Sequence record: PZ256263.1
Direction: 5' to 3' (one strand)
From: a phage
DNA length: 64,000 nt
Positions 27,182 to 37,100 of this stretch are shown here, piece by piece. A model generated the notes under the pieces. That model saw nothing but the letters and a program-made list of their open reading frames with translations. It made no database searches and was not told the origin of the DNA. How positions within the stretch are numbered: the first letter of the stretch is position 1; each line of letters begins with the position of its first letter. The translations under genes were made by a program, and so were the position numbers.

Positions 27182-27345
27182 AAAAGTATAGCGTATGGAT
27201 TAACGAGGAAGAAGAAGGTTTTGATGAGGCTGGAGGGTGGGTAAATATTCTAAACACTGACGACATAGAAGAGGCCGAGAAGTGCGCCCTAAACTACAAC
27301 TCTGGGTATTATGAAAGAAATTGGGAATATGAGGAAGAAGAATGA
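27178..27345 (+). CDS. small acidic protein
   Basis: Internal ATG of track ORF 27145; MKKYSVWINEEEEGFDEAGG...EYEEEE. Confidence 0.4.
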   Translation: MKKYSVWINEEEEGFDEAGGWVNILNTDDIEEAEKCALNYNSGYYERNWEYEEEE

Positions 27346-27563
27346 TTTGGGTTCACACTTATAGAATTGGAAAGAAAGGGCTTACTACTATTCACACATC
27401 TGAAGATAGTGCTAAAGCATCTCAGGCTGTACTGAAAGGAAAGATCACACCTTATGTAGTCGCTGAAGAAAAGAAGAATCCTCCAGTTCTAGAATATCTA
27501 GGAACAGGTAAAGCTTATACAGCACTGGATGTTATTAACAATAAACAAGGAGATGTGGTATAA
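27342..27563 (+). CDS. hypothetical protein
   Basis: Track ORF 73 aa. Confidence 0.45.
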   Translation: MIWVHTYRIGKKGLTTIHTSEDSAKASQAVLKGKITPYVVAEEKKNPPVLEYLGTGKAYTALDVINNKQGDVV

Positions 27564-27564
27564 A

Positions 27565-27780
27565 ATGGAATACATTGATAAATATTCAAGTGAAGATTCA
27601 AAAGACGCTGATGTTTTATTCATATTGAAAACAGACTGTCTAGAACACGGACAGCTTATTAACTTTATGGAATTGGCAAAGCTTAAAGAAGAGATTGATC
27701 AACTGTACAGTGATGAGCAATCCAGATTACTTTCTCTGTCTCTACTAGGTGATCTAACTTGTGATGGATGTACAATTTAA
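27565..27780 (+). CDS. hypothetical protein
   Basis: Internal ATG of track ORF 27529 placed after the upstream stop; C-terminal CDGC. Confidence 0.4.
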   Translation: MEYIDKYSSEDSKDADVLFILKTDCLEHGQLINFMELAKLKEEIDQLYSDEQSRLLSLSLLGDLTCDGCTI

Positions 27781-27789
27781 GAGGTCTTT

Positions 27790-28293
27790 ATGGCTGAAGT
27801 TTATTTTGCAGGAGATGGTCACTTAGGCCATCGCAACATCTGTAGTTTTCGTAAGCAATTTAAAAACATCGAAGAACATGACAAAGCAATTCTGGCTGCT
27901 TTTGACCACGTAACCAAACGTGATAAAATCTTCTTTACTGGTGATTGGGTATTTGAAAAGTATGCCCTTGATATTATCTCTGAAGTGAAAGGAGAGAAGC
28001 ATCTGGTCTTAGGGAACCATGATAGGTTAGAACTTCTCCCTGATATGATGAAAGTCTTTCGTAGAATCTCTGGTGATTATAAGTATAAGGAGTTTTGGAT
28101 AACTCATATTCCTATTCACACTGATGAGATGAGAGGGAAGTTTAATATTTATGCTCATACACATAACCATGTAATTGATGATTGGAGGTATTTCTGTACA
28201 TCAATGGAGCAAATTAACTATAAAGCTGTTTCTCTGCAAGAGATTAGGAAGATTTTTGATGAAAGAAGAAAAGAACAAGATCTCATTATTTAA
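27790..28293 (+). CDS. metallophosphoesterase (calcineurin-like)
   Basis: Track ORF 167 aa; GDGHLGH ... FFTGDWV ... VLGNHD motif series. Confidence 0.65.
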   Translation: MAEVYFAGDGHLGHRNICSFRKQFKNIEEHDKAILAAFDHVTKRDKIFFTGDWVFEKYALDIISEVKGEKHLVLGNHDRLELLPDMMKVFRRISGDYKYKEFWITHIPIHTDEMRGKFNIYAHTHNHVIDDWRYFCTSMEQINYKAVSLQEIRKIFDERRKEQDLII

Positions 28294-28423
28294 AGAACCT
28301 GTAGTTTATAAAGACTCTATCAGAGATCAATATAATGAGATGTTAAAGAAACAAGCTGATTCTAATCTTCGTTATCAGAGGATAGTAGAACAATCTAACT
28401 TTAAAGGTTTACTTGAATGGTAA
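28175..28423 (+). CDS. hypothetical small protein (start uncertain, likely internal ATG near 28259)
   Basis: Track ORF 82 aa overlapping the phosphoesterase 3' end in another frame. Confidence 0.3.
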   Translation: MMIGGISVHQWSKLTIKLFLCKRLGRFLMKEEKNKISLFKEPVVYKDSIRDQYNEMLKKQADSNLRYQRIVEQSNFKGLLEW

Positions 28424-28524
28424 CTTATATCCTTTACTTCTTAGCTTTCTTAGGAATAGTCTTTTTATCTATTATTCTTGAATTTGGTTTAAGTAAGTTA
28501 GTTAATTATTTAGGTAGTAAGTAA
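28417..28524 (+). CDS. possible 35-aa hydrophobic peptide
   Basis: ATG overlapping upstream stop; MVTYILYFLAFLGIVFLSIILEFGLSK...; AT-rich context makes chance hydrophobic ORFs likely. Confidence 0.2.
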   Translation: MVTYILYFLAFLGIVFLSIILEFGLSKLVNYLGSK

Positions 28525-28542
28525 TTAATATTCTTTTAAATA

Positions 28543-28607
28543 GAGAATCAAAGTCCCTAGGAGTCCCCACAACCTAAATCAAGGATTCCTTAATTCTCTA
28601 TTTTTAT
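28543..28607. repeat. perfect 11-bp inverted repeat (aaatagagaat / attctctattt) flanking a 43-nt spacer
   Basis: Read directly; spacer contains the palindrome aaggattcctt and direct repeat agtccc; T-run follows on + strand. Confidence 0.6.
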
Positions 28608-28701
28608 CTCGCAGGTGGCTCCTGCCCTTCGGTACTTGCAAGGGATTCTATGAATTGCCCAATGTACAAGCCTGCAAGAGTTATTCTCTAACTCTACCTT
28701 A

Positions 28702-28710
28702 TATACATTA
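28702..28710 (-). promoter_or_regulatory. TAATGTATA motif on the minus strand, antisense orientation in a + strand noncoding region
   Basis: Plus strand reads tatacatta; no minus-strand ATG in the next 180 nt downstream. Confidence 0.35.
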
Positions 28711-28762
28711 CCGTTAGTGAGTATCTACTACCAATAAAATGATACTTATCTTACAAAAGTTA

Positions 28763-28771
28763 TAATGTATA
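28763..28771 (+). promoter_or_regulatory. TAATGTATA motif, candidate phage-sigma-dependent promoter for the SSB-like gene
   Basis: Exact motif about 46 nt upstream of AAGGA and the ATG at 28831. Confidence 0.5.
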
Positions 28772-28830
28772 TTATACATAACCGCTCAAAGAGAGCAACA
28801 ATCTATCAAATTAAATAAGGAAATTAAAAT

Positions 28831-29577
28831 ATGTCTATGATTCCAACTATCGCAACTTCTTCCCGTAAATCCAACTACGACATCATCCCTGATGGTGAGT
28901 ATGAAGCACGTATTGTTCGTGTAGTAGGTTTGGGTGTTCACAATCGTGACCCTTGGGTTGACCCGAAGACCAAAGCAGTAACTCCTAAGAATCCAGCTTT
29001 CCGTATGGATTTGGCTTTCGAGCTGATTGGTGTTGATGCTACTGGTAAAGATTCCGATGGTAAGGCATTAGAACCACGTCCTGCTTGCCAGTTCAAGAGT
29101 TATGATGTAAACCCACGAGCTAAGAACTCTGGTATTCTTGATCTCTGCAAGATGATTGACCCAAGCATTCAAGCACTGAAAGGTGATCTGTCTTGGTTTA
29201 AGGATGTGCTGTTAGGTCAGCCTGTTAACATTCTGGTTAACTCTTACACTAACAAAGCTGGTGAAGTTAAAAACTCCATCAAGACCATTTCTCCAATCCC
29301 AACCAAATATCGTGCAGCAGTTGGTGAAGCTCGTAGCCCTCTGGTATTCTTCGAACCGTATGCTGAAACCGATGAGAACGTAGCATCCTATCAACTGATG
29401 TTCCCGTTCCAGCGCAACCTGCTTACTCAAGCTAATGACGCTAAGAACATGCCTCTGGCTGGTCGTGAAATTACTCGTGCTTCTGAAACAGAGCAGAAAG
29501 AAGCTACCCCTTCAATCCCTACGATTGATAAAGAGCCTGCTTCTACTTACGAAGACGACAACGATAGCCCATTCTAA
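28831..29577 (+). CDS. single-stranded DNA-binding protein-like
   Basis: Track ORF 248 aa; acidic C-terminal tail ending YEDDNDSPF (terminal aromatic as in SSB/T7 gp2.5 tails); own promoter motif and terminator. Confidence 0.5.
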   Translation: MSMIPTIATSSRKSNYDIIPDGEYEARIVRVVGLGVHNRDPWVDPKTKAVTPKNPAFRMDLAFELIGVDATGKDSDGKALEPRPACQFKSYDVNPRAKNSGILDLCKMIDPSIQALKGDLSWFKDVLLGQPVNILVNSYTNKAGEVKNSIKTISPIPTKYRAAVGEARSPLVFFEPYAETDENVASYQLMFPFQRNLLTQANDAKNMPLAGREITRASETEQKEATPSIPTIDKEPASTYEDDNDSPF

Positions 29578-29598
29578 TAACTCTCCTTGTTATAGCTT

Positions 29599-29621
29599 AG
29601 CCACCTCCGGGTGGCTTTTTT
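29599..29621 (+). terminator. rho-independent terminator
   Basis: 7-bp stem agccacc/ggtggct with tccg loop followed by tttttt, 20 nt after SSB-like stop. Confidence 0.7.
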
Positions 29622-29634
29622 CGTTGGAGACAAC

Positions 29635-29985
29635 ATGCAAAACACATTAAGTGATAACTTAGGGTTTATCGTTTTCTCGGCTCTTGTATTCTTTGGTGGT
29701 ATGAAGTTTAACGAGTACCAAACAGACAGCAGTAATCTGGACAAAGAGAAGCACCAGCAAGAGTTAGAGATTGAAAGAAGTAGAGCAGCTGATGAAGTTG
29801 CTCAGAGGGTTCTTACCGGTTTATCTAACTGGAAGAAGAACACGGAAACCGTTTATAAAGAGATGCATTATGAGAAAACTAAACCAGTTTTTTATAATGT
29901 CTGCGCTAGTGATGAGTATGTCAGCTTGTTCAATGAGCGACAACAGCAGGCAATCAATGCCCTTACCAACAAACCTAAAAGCTGA
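29635..29985 (+). CDS. i-spanin-like (Rz-like) protein
   Basis: Internal ATG of track ORF 29611 with GGAGA upstream; N-terminal TM LGFIVFSALVFFGG then charged helical region. Confidence 0.5.
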   Translation: MQNTLSDNLGFIVFSALVFFGGMKFNEYQTDSSNLDKEKHQQELEIERSRAADEVAQRVLTGLSNWKKNTETVYKEMHYEKTKPVFYNVCASDEYVSLFNERQQQAINALTNKPKS

Positions 29986-30129
29986 ATGTAGGGTTGACCT
30001 GCCTCTTTTAGAAAGTGCTCAAGGAAAAGCACTAGCCACTACGTTGGAGTGGTATCAGGACCAGTACACAGAATGTGCTGCCAATCACAATGGATTGCTA
30101 GAAGCTCTGAAAGAGCGTGGAATAGAATA

Positions 30130-30130
<1 letters not shown>
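29870..30130 (+). CDS. o-spanin-like (Rz1-like) lipoprotein, +1 frame overlapping i-spanin 3' end
   Basis: Internal ATG of track ORF 29771; MRKLNQFFIMSALVMSMSAC signal with lipobox-like MSAC; Pro-containing mature part. Confidence 0.45.
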
Positions 30131-31616
<1,486 letters not shown>

Positions 31617-31626
<10 letters not shown>

Positions 31627-32228
31627 ATGGTGAGTCTAAACCTTTAGTAGTAATTCTTAATGGACCTCCGGGTTGTGGGAAAGATACAATAGCTAGTGCT
31701 TGGGTTAATGCACATTCATACCATCACAATCATTTAACCAAATCCTTCAAGGAGCCGATGTATAGAGTGGCTGCTGCTGCACTAGGAATGCCTCTAGAAA
31801 ACTTCCTAGCACGCTATGAAGATCGTGAATGGAAAGAAAAATCTAGACCAGAGTGGGGAGGGAAGTCTGTAAGAGATTTGATGATTTCTACAAGTGAAGA
31901 CTTCTTAAAACCTATGTTTGGCAACAATCATATGGGGAACCTCGCTGTAAAGAGCATCAAACAAGAGGAGTTAGGTCAGGATGACATTATTGTTTTTACT
32001 GACGGAGGTTTTGATGCAGAGGTACGAGAACTAGAAAAGAATTTCCATGTCCAAGTTGTCCAAGTGCTTAGAGATGGTTGCTCTTTTAATGGAGACTCTC
32101 GTTCATACATTGAAGGGGAGCAGAGAAAAACATATCTGCTGTTTAACGACTCAACTATTGAATCAGCAGTGTTAGATCTAGATTGGATTATCGCTCAAGC
32201 TCAGGATGATATTTATGGAAGAAGTTAA
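31617..32228 (+). CDS. P-loop kinase, deoxynucleoside monophosphate kinase-like
   Basis: Track ORF 203 aa; Walker A LNGPPGCGKDT; GKSVRDLMISTSEDF resembles T4 dNMP kinase segment. Confidence 0.5.
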
Positions 32229-33033
32229 GCTCCCTGAAGTAGCTATAGTGGACGCTGACGTTCTTCGATATGAAGTAGGTGCTCTTACTCAAGAGCATCC
32301 CTTTCTTGACACAGGACGTGTTCCCGTTGATTACAATTTCATGATTGAACGACTTCAGTACAAGATAGATACTATCATTGCTCGCTCAGGTTGCAGTAAG
32401 GTTGTGTTCTACTTCAGCGAAGGTGGTAACTTCCGCTTCGATGTTGCTAAGCAGCAAGACTACAAAGCAAATAGACCTCCCGGAGAAAGACCTTTTCACT
32501 GGCAAAATGTTGGTGATTATATTAAAGGTAAATATGAATACATAGATGTATTTGGGAGAGAGGCTGATGATGCATTAGCTGAAAGGCAACGTAGGGATAA
32601 GAACACTATCATCTGTACTAGAGACAAAGATTTGTTAATAACTCCCGGATGGCATTACCGTTGGGCTTGTGGAGAAAGACAAAAAGAGGTTCCCCCTCAC
32701 TATGTATCTGATTTAGTTTCATGGCAAAACTTCTTCTATCAGATGTTGATTGGAGATGGTACAGATAATATCCCCGGATGTGGAGAACGTAAAGAAGTTA
32801 TGTGGGGCGGTAAGCTCCAGCTTCGACGTCAAGGAATAGGGAAGAAAGCAGCAGCTAAACTATTGGCTGGTGTTACAGATAAGTGGACCATGTATCATAT
32901 AGTACGAATGGAATATTATAAGAAGTTCGATACTGAAGATGAAGAGAAAATGCTTGAGAATGCTCGGCTGCTCTTTGTTGGTCAGACTCCGGAAGACCTG
33001 TTCGACTGGACATGGTTAGATAAATCTTGGTAA
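32206..33033 (+). CDS. 5'-3' exonuclease / flap endonuclease
   Basis: Track ORF 275 aa; IGDGTDNIPGCG followed by GIGKKAA, the FEN-family motif. Confidence 0.7.
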   Translation: MIFMEEVKLPEVAIVDADVLRYEVGALTQEHPFLDTGRVPVDYNFMIERLQYKIDTIIARSGCSKVVFYFSEGGNFRFDVAKQQDYKANRPPGERPFHWQNVGDYIKGKYEYIDVFGREADDALAERQRRDKNTIICTRDKDLLITPGWHYRWACGERQKEVPPHYVSDLVSWQNFFYQMLIGDGTDNIPGCGERKEVMWGGKLQLRRQGIGKKAAAKLLAGVTDKWTMYHIVRMEYYKKFDTEDEEKMLENARLLFVGQTPEDLFDWTWLDKSW

Positions 33034-33046
33034 TAAGGATATTATA

Positions 33047-33226
33047 ATGGGTAAATTTGATTATCGTTCATATGATGAAAACTCCTCCAATCGTGAATCT
33101 CGTAAAGATCAAAAGATTAAACATCAACTGTTTGATCAGCGAACTGGTCGTATTCCTCGTGAGGGCAAAGTGAGCCATCGTGTAAACAAACGAGTTTGGG
33201 AAGAAGCTGATTATGGCGAAGTCTGA
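33047..33226 (+). CDS. small hypothetical protein (59 aa)
   Basis: ATG with AAGGA upstream; overlaps next start. Confidence 0.35.
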   Translation: MGKFDYRSYDENSSNRESRKDQKIKHQLFDQRTGRIPREGKVSHRVNKRVWEEADYGEV

Positions 33227-33614
33227 GAAGACTCGCTGTAGTGGAATGTGGACTGAAGCTCGTTATAACTCTTTCATCAAGTCAGGGATTCGTTCTCTGA
33301 CTAGAAAGTGGAAGCCCATGTTTGATGCACTAGCAGACGCCAAGACAGAGCAGAAGATTAATCCAAAGACAGGAAGACTGGCAATGCACTTTAAGTGTGC
33401 CATGTGTGGTAATGACCACCCTGTAAAGGATATGGCTATTGACCATATAGAGCCTATAGTCCCTCTTGACCATGAAGCAACTTGGGATGAAATTATCTCT
33501 CGTGCTCTATGTGAGAAAGAAGGTTTTCAGGTTCTATGTAAAGACCCTTGTCATAAGATTAAAACAAAAGAAGAGAATGATGCAAGAAAACAATTCAAAA
33601 AAGGAAATGAGTGA
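33213..33614 (+). CDS. HNH endonuclease
   Basis: Track ORF 133 aa; CAMCGNDHPVKDMAIDHIEP ... CEKEGFQVLCKDPCHKIK. Confidence 0.55.
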   Translation: MAKSEKTRCSGMWTEARYNSFIKSGIRSLTRKWKPMFDALADAKTEQKINPKTGRLAMHFKCAMCGNDHPVKDMAIDHIEPIVPLDHEATWDEIISRALCEKEGFQVLCKDPCHKIKTKEENDARKQFKKGNE

Positions 33615-33834
33615 TGATCAAAAATCTACGCAACAAGTACTTCGCTTTCGCTATCGCAATTGGAGAGGCGAGATTGCTGACCGGTCCGTTATTCCACTCC
33701 GAACCTCCGTTGCTAGCTCCCGTTTTCATAACGGTGGCAAACCTTGTTGGATTATGACAGCGATTGATGTAGAGAAAGATGAGATTAGAGAGTTCAAGCT
33801 CTCAGATATTATTCAATATTATGATTTGATCTAG
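33607..33834 (+). CDS. small hypothetical protein (75 aa)
   Basis: Internal ATG of track ORF 33466, 8-nt overlap with HNH stop. Confidence 0.4.
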   Translation: MSDDQKSTQQVLRFRYRNWRGEIADRSVIPLRTSVASSRFHNGGKPCWIMTAIDVEKDEIREFKLSDIIQYYDLI

Positions 33835-33842
33835 GAGGGAAT

Positions 33843-33968
33843 ATGGTCTATGATCAAGATATTCTAGACGAATTGCTTAAAATGGCAAATCGCCTTACAG
33901 AGATTATCGAAGAAATAAAAGTCAGAGAAGAGTCTTACTTAGCAGCCGAGGAAAATTGGGATGTATGA
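33843..33968 (+). CDS. possible small protein (41 aa)
   Basis: ATG after GGAGGGA; below track cutoff. Confidence 0.25.
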   Translation: MVYDQDILDELLKMANRLTEIIEEIKVREESYLAAEENWDV

Positions 33969-33970
33969 GG

Positions 33971-34087
33971 ATGAATTTGATGGATTTTGAAAAGATAAAA
34001 CAGATCAAAATTGATATGATGAAAAAGTTCAAAGCGGCTTATGATAAAGCTGTTAAAGAAGGAACTATCACTTACAAGAAAATCTAG
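33971..34087 (+). CDS. possible small protein (38 aa)
   Basis: ATG 3 nt after upstream stop; weak SD. Confidence 0.2.
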   Translation: MNLMDFEKIKQIKIDMMKKFKAAYDKAVKEGTITYKKI

Positions 34088-34095
34088 AAACAAAT

Positions 34096-34130
34096 AAAGC
34101 CCTCTTGGATTTCTCCTTGAGGGCTTTTCT
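34096..34130. terminator. bidirectional terminator between the convergent + and - modules
   Basis: 8-bp stem aagccctc/gagggctt flanked by T-rich runs on both strands. Confidence 0.6.
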
Positions 34131-34134
34131 TTTA

Positions 34135-37100
34135 TCACTCCTTAGGTCGAACTCTTACACGGAGTCTCGATTGACGCTTACTGCGTTCAAGCTTCTCTGA
34201 CAATGAGCCACGTTTAATCTTCGGCTTCCCTTCGTCATTAAACTTCTCCAAGAACTGCAAGTACTCAGTACGATTAGTTGTCTTGTAAGAAGGAATCTTA
34301 ATATCAGGGTTCTCTTCAATCACACGTCTAATCTTCGCTACATCATCCCTACCAAGCAACTTACTCTTAGCCTGTTCAGCTGTAGAACCAAAGATCTTCT
34401 CCAGTGCTCTGGATTTGTTACCACCTGCGGAAGAAGCACCAAGTTTAGCAATGGCAGAGTAATCATCAGCACTAAACCAAGCTACTGGATTATCACCATA
34501 CTTCTTCTTGTTTTCAGCAGCAGTCTGCAATGCACGTACAAATCGACGGTTGTTACCAGCCTTATCTGCACCATGAACCCTGTCTAAAACTTCAGCCACA
34601 CTAGCCAACTCATCCAAGCTCTTCCCACTCAAGAAAGCTTTCTCTACTTTATCAGCAAATACCTCTTCCTGTTGTTTAATGCTTTCCAAGATATCAGAAT
34701 TTGCTTGAGATCTTTCATCATCAGGCAGAGCAGAACGAATCTTCTCCATCTCCAACTCTTCCTCTTGCAGTTTCTTAATATCAGAGTCAACCTTCTGAGC
34801 CTCCTCAACAGCCTTCCTAGTATCCGCATCCAAGTTATCAAGCTTACCTTCAGTATCTCCAGTAACCTTAACAATCTCTTTCTCGATAGGAGTCATTGAT
34901 TCGTACTTCTTAGCAAACTTCTCAACATCAGCTTCGATACGAGAACGAGCATTCTGATGTTCAGTAGGAGTCATAGGCTTCTCAAGAAGTGCATAACGGT
35001 TATCCATATAGGAACCAGCAAATGCTTCAGCATCCTCTCTAGATATGCCCTTATCTTCCATAGTACGCATCAGGCGGCGATGAATGTCATCACGTTGACG
35101 TTGTACTGCCATAAGGTCATTCTCACGCTCTTGAGCTGCTTTAAGCTCTTCACTGCGCTTAACTCTCTTGTCCACATCAAACTTACGGTTCATCTCTTCC
35201 GCTTGCTCATACATCTTGTTCAACTTGGCCTGACGAGCATCTTCCTCTGCATCAGTTAAACGACGCTGACGATCAAGGTAATCTGACTCGGCGTTGTGGA
35301 TACGTTCAATATAACTACGGAACTTCTCTGGAGGAACTGGAGAGTTCTTGTCATGGTGAGCAGCCAACTGTTTCAATGTACGAGATTCCTGAGCCTCACG
35401 AACAGGTTTAGGTAAACCTTCCATCATCTTCTCAATCTCACTCTTCTGAGCTGCAATAGCCTCTAGAGTTTTACGTTCATTCTCAACAGCAGCCTTAGCA
35501 TCTGAACGAGCCTGAGCCTTTTTCCTGAGGGTAGCAAGACGTTCTTCACGAGCCTGTAAGTGCTTAGCAGCAGCTTCGTACTGAGAGTTCTTGTTAGCTT
35601 TGTTGAAGGCATTCACTTCTCTGTTGTAGGTGTTGATAAACCCATCCCAAATATCCTTCATCTGACCAACTTCCAAAGCCTCTTCCCTACCAGCCTTCTC
35701 TGAAGATTTAAACTTCCCATCTACAAAGTCATTCATCAGCTTACGCATAGCATCTTTCTGAGCAGGACGTAAAGGTTCTGAATCAATCAAAGTATCAATC
35801 TCAGACTGAAGCTCTTTCTTCTGGTCAACCAGTTTAGGAGCATCCTTCTTATCGAAAGCTTTGTTTTCTTCTAGAGCTTGTTGATACAGTCTATCAAACT
35901 CATCCTCACGCTGCTTCTGATACAACCTTTCAGCACGACGTTTCAGACTATCTAAGTTAGTTACGTTCCCACCTAAACCTTTCTCTTCAGCACGTAATGC
36001 CTTAGTAGCAATATCTTCTGGCAGACCACGTTCCTTAACCCATTCAGCAAAATTAGTTCGTACAGTGTTGTTCTTAGCAGTAGCAATACCTTGCTGAGAA
36101 GCCAGCTGGTTACGAGCCATTTCTTCATGACGTTCAGTGTTGATAGCATTATCTTCCTGACGAATACGACGCATCAATTCCTTAGGATCACCCTTATAAG
36201 CCAAGAAGTTTTCAGCAGTAGCCTTAGCCTTAGCAGCCTTAGAGTACAGAGAACGAGCAAAACGTTCTGCACGATCTTTAGTAGCCTGACGAGCAGCACT
36301 AGACATAGCAGCTAAACGTTCTACACCACTTGCCGGTTTAACGTCCTGTACAGCTTCCTTAGGAGCTTTAGGAGCACGGGCAGGTAATGGCTCAGCTTTG
36401 ACTGTTGGTTCCTCTACGGTAGGTTCTGGAGCCTGTGCGGCCTCTTCTTGAGCACGTTGCTGTTCCATTGCACGACGCTCCTCTAAAGGGTTACGAGCAG
36501 GGAGAGGTTCAGCCTGTGGAGCTTGTTCGACCGGAGCTTCTTGAGCAGCTGCTGCCTCTTCTTCAGCGCGACGCTGTTCAGCCTGACGGATAGCACGTCT
36601 TTGCGCAACTAAATCACGAGCTGTGAGAGAAGTTTCTTGAGGAGCAGAAGAAGGAAGATTTTCTTCCGTCACAGTACTAGAAGAAGGCTCCCGAACCGGT
36701 TCGGTTTCCACGTCATTTTGCGTCTTAAATTTAATGTCATCAACAACTGGTTCTTCTTCCATCTTAGCACGAGCTTCATCAGCAGTAGACTTAGCACGAG
36801 CAACTTCCAAATCACCACGAGCCAGAGAGCGGATAGCTTCACTGTTAGACTCTTGTTGCTTAACACGTTGAGAACGGGCACGCTGAGAAGAGAAGCGATT
36901 CAGAGCATACTTAGCAGCACCGAGAGTGTTCATTACCAGGCTAGGTGAAGAAGCCTCACGGAATCCATCATCAGTCAGGGAAGTCCAACCACGATCTTGG
37001 TTACTCATAAACTTAGCCGTATTGTTCAGAGTGTAAGCATCTTGGATAGGATTAAAACCTTCAGGCATACCTTTCAGTTTCTTCAACCCACCAATAGCTT

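Noticed and set aside
28525-28700. Possible tRNA or tRNA-like element in the structured noncoding region
   Set aside because: No canonical T-loop (GTTCRANYC), no 7-bp acceptor pairing with the right spacing, and the inverted-repeat span of about 65 nt is too short; left as an unassigned structured region.
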